Below, piece by piece: positions 60,155-64,000 of a stretch of DNA of 64,000 nt. The first letter of the stretch is position 1. Every line of letters begins with the position of its first letter. The position numbers and the translations under genes were made by a program. A model generated the notes under the pieces. It was not told where the DNA came from. It ran no database searches and was given only the letters and a program-made list of their open reading frames with translations. The DNA lies in contig JBAZLK010000001.1 in the NCBI GenBank assembly GCA_041650335.1, positions 164,940 through 228,939 on the forward strand, in the 5' to 3' direction. The stretch is from Patescibacteria group bacterium. GTDB taxonomy: Bacteria > Patescibacteriota > Patescibacteriia > JAHIZJ01.

Positions 60155-61417
60155 ATGGAACATTTTCGAATTGAGGGTGGCGCGTTTCTTGAGGGTGAAA
60201 TCAGCGTCAATGGAGCAAAAAACTCCGCCCTGAAAATTATCGCCTCGACCGTTCTGACCGACGATACGTGCCGGATCGAAAACATCCCGGCCATCGCCGA
60301 TGTTTTGGTTTTGCTGGATATTTTGAAAGAAATGGGCGCCGAGGTGAAGGCGATCGATCAGCACACCTATGACATTACCTGCGTCGGGATTCGCGAGCCC
60401 AGCCTGCCTGACAAGCTGGTCAAGAAGTTACGCGCCTCGGTCGTATTGCTCGGTCCACTCCTGGCTCGGTTTGGCGAGGTGAACATGCCACATCCCGGCG
60501 GCTGCGTCATCGGGGAGCGGCCGATCGATATTTTTCTTGATGGTTTTGCTGCGCTCGGCGTCAACGTAAAAGAGGAAGAAACGCATTATCATTTTCATGC
60601 GAAAAAGCTGGCTGGCGCGACGTTTGTATTTCCGCGCATCAGCGTGACGGCGACCGAAGCCTTGCTTATGGCCGCGACACTGGCCGAAGGAACGACGACC
60701 TTGAAGTTTGCCGCCTGCGAACCTGAAATAGAAGATTTGGCGGAATGGTTAAACGCGCGTGGCGCGAAAATTCGGGGCGCTGGAACGCATACGATCGTTA
60801 TTGAAGGCGTCAAGAAAATCGCCGGCGGGGCAAAGCGGATCATGCCCGACCGCATAGAAACAGGTACCTTTGCCATGCTTGGCGCAGCCGCTGGCCGTAA
60901 AATCGTGATAAAAAACTGCGAGCCGAACCATCTTGAGGTGCCCTGGAAATTGCTCCGACAAGCCGGGGTGCGCTTTGATCTCGGCCAGGACACGGTGACG
61001 GTCCATCACTCGCCGAATCTTCAAGCGGTCAATTTGATAACCCACGAGTATCCAGGTTTCATAACAGATCTCCAGGCTCCGTTTACCGTGTTAATGACCC
61101 AGGCGAGCGGCCTGAGTCTGATCCACGAAACAATCTATGAAGGTCGACTCTTTTATATCGATAAGCTCAATAAAATGGGCGCTCGCATCATCATGTGCGA
61201 CCCGCATCGGGCCGTGGTGCTCGGTCCGGCAAAGCTGTATGGCGCAACCGTTGAAAGTCCGGATATCCGTGCCGGCATTGCTCTCGTCATTGCCGCCCTT
61301 TTGGCTGAAGGGCCGAGTCGAATCGAGAATATTTATCAGGTTGACCGTGGCTATGAGGCCATTGATGACCGCTTGCGCCAATTGGGCGCGAAGATAGAGC
61401 GCGTACAAGACACATGA
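60155..61417 (+). CDS. murA: UDP-N-acetylglucosamine 1-carboxyvinyltransferase
   Basis: GAKNSAL, LRASVVLLGPL, PGGCVIGERP (active-site Cys), PDRIE, TDLQ, DIRAG, DRGYE. Confidence 0.97.
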   Translation: MEHFRIEGGAFLEGEISVNGAKNSALKIIASTVLTDDTCRIENIPAIADVLVLLDILKEMGAEVKAIDQHTYDITCVGIREPSLPDKLVKKLRASVVLLGPLLARFGEVNMPHPGGCVIGERPIDIFLDGFAALGVNVKEEETHYHFHAKKLAGATFVFPRISVTATEALLMAATLAEGTTTLKFAACEPEIEDLAEWLNARGAKIRGAGTHTIVIEGVKKIAGGAKRIMPDRIETGTFAMLGAAAGRKIVIKNCEPNHLEVPWKLLRQAGVRFDLGQDTVTVHHSPNLQAVNLITHEYPGFITDLQAPFTVLMTQASGLSLIHETIYEGRLFYIDKLNKMGARIIMCDPHRAVVLGPAKLYGATVESPDIRAGIALVIAALLAEGPSRIENIYQVDRGYEAIDDRLRQLGAKIERVQDT

Positions 61418-62676
61418 ACACGATTCCGCTTCCACCACCAATAAAAAGGCGATCAAATACGGCCGTGAAGATAATTATCGGCTATTTAGTATTGTCTCTT
61501 TTTGCCATTGTCTTTTTTGCCGGGTATGTCATCGGCAATCTCCGGACAACATCGCTGACCGGGGCGCGTCTTTTTTCGAATATCATCCAGCATGTTCCCG
61601 ACAGTCTGAAGGATAAGAATGTTGACTACACGCTGTTTTGGAATGTCTGGAGCTATATTTCCGATGAATATGTGAAGCAACCAGTCAGCGAAACCGACGC
61701 TTTCTACGGTTCGTTAAAAGGGATGGTCGCTTCGCTCGGCGATCCTTACTCGATGTTCCTTGATCCAAGCGAGACAAAAGAATTTAATTTTGAAATAAGC
61801 GGCCGGTTTGAGGGTATCGGCGCAGAAATTGGGACCAAAGATGGGAAGATCGTAATTATTGCTCCGGTGCCCGGTTCACCCGCTGAAAAAGCTGGTCTCA
61901 AGGCGGGCGACACCGTCCTCCAAATCGACGAAACCGATACTGCCGGTCTGACCGTAGACCAGGCCGTCGCGTTGATCCGCGGCGAGAAGGGGAGCGCGGT
62001 AAAACTAACCATTGAGCGCACCGGCGGGGCTGAACCGTTTACCCTAACAATTACCCGGGACACGATTATCACGAGCAGTGTGACGTCAAAAATGCTTGAG
62101 GGCAACATTGCCTATATTTCGCTGGCGGACTTCAGTCAGGACACGGCCTCTGAATTCTCAAAAGCGGTCAACGACCTTCTGTTACAAGAGCCAAAGGGCT
62201 TAGTGCTGGATCTGAGAAACAATCCAGGGGGATATCTCGATCAGGCGGTGGCGGTAGCCGGGGAGTTTATAAACAACGATACCGTTGTCATTGAACAATT
62301 CAGTAACGGTCAGAAACGGGTCCATAAATCAGATGGACAAAGCCGCTTAAAGGATCTTTCAACCGTTGTCCTTATTGATGGAGGATCTGCCTCAGCGGCT
62401 GAAATACTGGCTGGCGCCCTGCAGGATTACAAAGCTGCAACGCTTGTCGGCGAGCAGACGTTTGGCAAAGGCTCGGTTCAGGATTATACTGAGTTTGATG
62501 ACGGTTCGAGCCTAAAAATCACCGTGGCTGAATGGCTGACGCCGCTGGGCCGGTCAATTGACAAAACAGGGATCTCGCCCGATATCACGGTCACGTACAC
62601 ACAAGCCCAGTATGACGCCGGACAAGACCCTCAACTCGATAAGGCGAAAGAAATATTAAGTGCTCCAACACCATGA
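61414..62676 (+). CDS. S41 carboxy-terminal processing protease
   Basis: LGDPYS, GIGAEI, PDZ domain, LDLRNNPGG, SASAAEILAG, TFGKGSVQ. Confidence 0.93.
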   Translation: MNTIPLPPPIKRRSNTAVKIIIGYLVLSLFAIVFFAGYVIGNLRTTSLTGARLFSNIIQHVPDSLKDKNVDYTLFWNVWSYISDEYVKQPVSETDAFYGSLKGMVASLGDPYSMFLDPSETKEFNFEISGRFEGIGAEIGTKDGKIVIIAPVPGSPAEKAGLKAGDTVLQIDETDTAGLTVDQAVALIRGEKGSAVKLTIERTGGAEPFTLTITRDTIITSSVTSKMLEGNIAYISLADFSQDTASEFSKAVNDLLLQEPKGLVLDLRNNPGGYLDQAVAVAGEFINNDTVVIEQFSNGQKRVHKSDGQSRLKDLSTVVLIDGGSASAAEILAGALQDYKAATLVGEQTFGKGSVQDYTEFDDGSSLKITVAEWLTPLGRSIDKTGISPDITVTYTQAQYDAGQDPQLDKAKEILSAPTP

Positions 62677-62948
62677 AACAGCGCATGTCGTTAAAAGTCT
62701 ATGGCCAGGTTCAGGGTGTTAATCTTCGCTCCATGATCAAGGTAAAAGCTCTCGAGCTCGGCCTTGTTGGCTATGTTATGAATAATAATGACAGCACTGT
62801 TTCGCTTGAGGCTGAGGGCGAGCGACCGGCCCTGGAGGCGCTCATGAGCTGGCTGAGAGACAGACCGGGAAATTGCCGGATTGACCGCTTGGCTGATGAC
62901 TGGAGTGAACCGACCGGACAAGAAGACAATTTCGTTATTAAATATTAA
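62673..62948 (+). CDS. acyP: Acylphosphatase
   Basis: VYGQVQGVNLR, GYVMN, V.LEAEG. Confidence 0.88.
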   Translation: MKQRMSLKVYGQVQGVNLRSMIKVKALELGLVGYVMNNNDSTVSLEAEGERPALEALMSWLRDRPGNCRIDRLADDWSEPTGQEDNFVIKY

Positions 62949-62962
62949 CTTCCGATTGACGC

Positions 62963-63415
62963 GTGAAAATCATTTTACGAAAAACCGTCCCAACACTTGG
63001 GGAAGCCGGTGATGTGAAAAATGTTGCCGAGGGGTATGCCCGTAATTTTTTATTTCCCCAAGGCCTCGCTAGCCCGGCGACTGAGCAATTGCTCGCAGAA
63101 ACGGAGCAATTTCGGAAAAAGCGAGCCAAGCAAAAGACGCGCGCTGACTCAAAACACAGCCAGGCGGCGGAAGCGGTACGCGATCTAACCCTGGTTTTTC
63201 GCCTCAAGGCGACACCCGAAGGAACGCTTTTTGCCGGCATCGGTCCGAATGAGATCGTCGAACGGATCCAGCGCGATAAAGGCGTTCGTCTCTCCGAGAA
63301 AACCGTCCATCTCGAAAAACACCTCAAAACGGTTGGTCAACACGAGGTTGCGCTCACACTGGGCAAAGAAACGCTCGCGATAAAAATAATTATTGAGGCG
63401 GAACATGAAAAATAG
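62963..63415 (+). CDS. rplI: 50S ribosomal protein L9
   Basis: [43 protein letters not shown]. Confidence 0.95.
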   Translation: MKIILRKTVPTLGEAGDVKNVAEGYARNFLFPQGLASPATEQLLAETEQFRKKRAKQKTRADSKHSQAAEAVRDLTLVFRLKATPEGTLFAGIGPNEIVERIQRDKGVRLSEKTVHLEKHLKTVGQHEVALTLGKETLAIKIIIEAEHEK

Positions 63416-64000
63416 AAAATACATTTTCGTCATGGGTGGCGTGCTCTCGGGCCTGGGGAAGGGGATTGCCGTTTCATCAATCGGACTGTTATTGAAATCG
63501 CGGGGCTACCGGGTGACTGCCCTGAAAATCGACCCTTACGTGAACGTTGATGCTGGCACCATGAATCCGACCGAACATGGCGAAGTTTTTGTGACCAAAG
63601 ACGGCTTGGAGACGGACCAGGATATCGGCAACTATGAGCGTTTCTTAAATACCGAACTCAGCCGTGATAACTACATGACCACCGGCGCAGTCTATTTATC
63701 AGTCATCCAAAAAGAGCGCAATCTTGGTTATAAGGGCAAGTGCGTAGAAGTCGTTCCGCACATACCCGAGGAAGTGATCAGACGGATAGAGCTGGCCGGA
63801 CAGAAAAATAAAGCCGATATCGTGTTGATTGAGATTGGCGGGACAGTCGGCGAATATCAGAACCTGCTTTTTCTCGAAGCGGCCCGGATGATGCGTCTCC
63901 AGCGACCGGACGATATCGCTTTCGTGCTCGTCAGCTATTTGCCGATTCCGTCCAAGATCGGTGAAATGAAAACCAAGCCGACCCAATATGCCGTACGGAC
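63405..64000 (+). CDS. pyrG: CTP synthase (3' end runs off the window)
   Basis: Translated by hand: [61 protein letters not shown]. Confidence 0.97.
   Translation, partial: MKNRKYIFVMGGVLSGLGKGIAVSSIGLLLKSRGYRVTALKIDPYVNVDAGTMNPTEHGEVFVTKDGLETDQDIGNYERFLNTELSRDNYMTTGAVYLSVIQKERNLGYKGKCVEVVPHIPEEVIRRIELAGQKNKADIVLIEIGGTVGEYQNLLFLEAARMMRLQRPDDIAFVLVSYLPIPSKIGEMKTKPTQYAVR

Noticed and set aside
63699-63986. 95-aa minus-strand ORF
   Set aside because: Antisense shadow of pyrG.

Overview
This is a gene-dense bacterial chromosomal segment. Its gene content and conserved hypothetical proteins suggest Patescibacteria/CPR, possibly Parcubacteria/ABY1; this is inference, not a database result. From 1 to about 19.6 kb are housekeeping and envelope genes: cysS (cut by the window edge), a membrane-anchored Clp ATPase with only one AAA module, CorA, a VirD4/TraD-like ATPase, dnaX, tRNA-Gln, trxB, mutY, DUF2207, surface proteins and an HtrA-like protein lacking its catalytic triad. 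From about 19.6 to 58.7 kb is a roughly 39 kb surface-glycan locus. It has GT2, GT4 and GT-C transferases, two Wzx flippases, methyltransferases, CapK-like and DUF362 proteins, ugd, a UXS-like enzyme, a WbpO-like dehydrogenase and rmlACBD, plus metK, ahcY and a PfkB kinase. The right end holds a PEGA protein, murA, an S41 peptidase, acylphosphatase, rplI and pyrG (cut by the window edge). The most striking feature is at 9906-10200. An intact tRNA-Gln(CTG) sits inside the anticodon of a second, sequence-identical tRNA-Gln(CTG) that is split into three pieces by two self-complementary inserts, and the whole locus can fold as one long nested stem. Two related palindromes built from 7-nt repeats also exactly bracket the PfkB/hypothetical/ahcY block that interrupts the rml genes.
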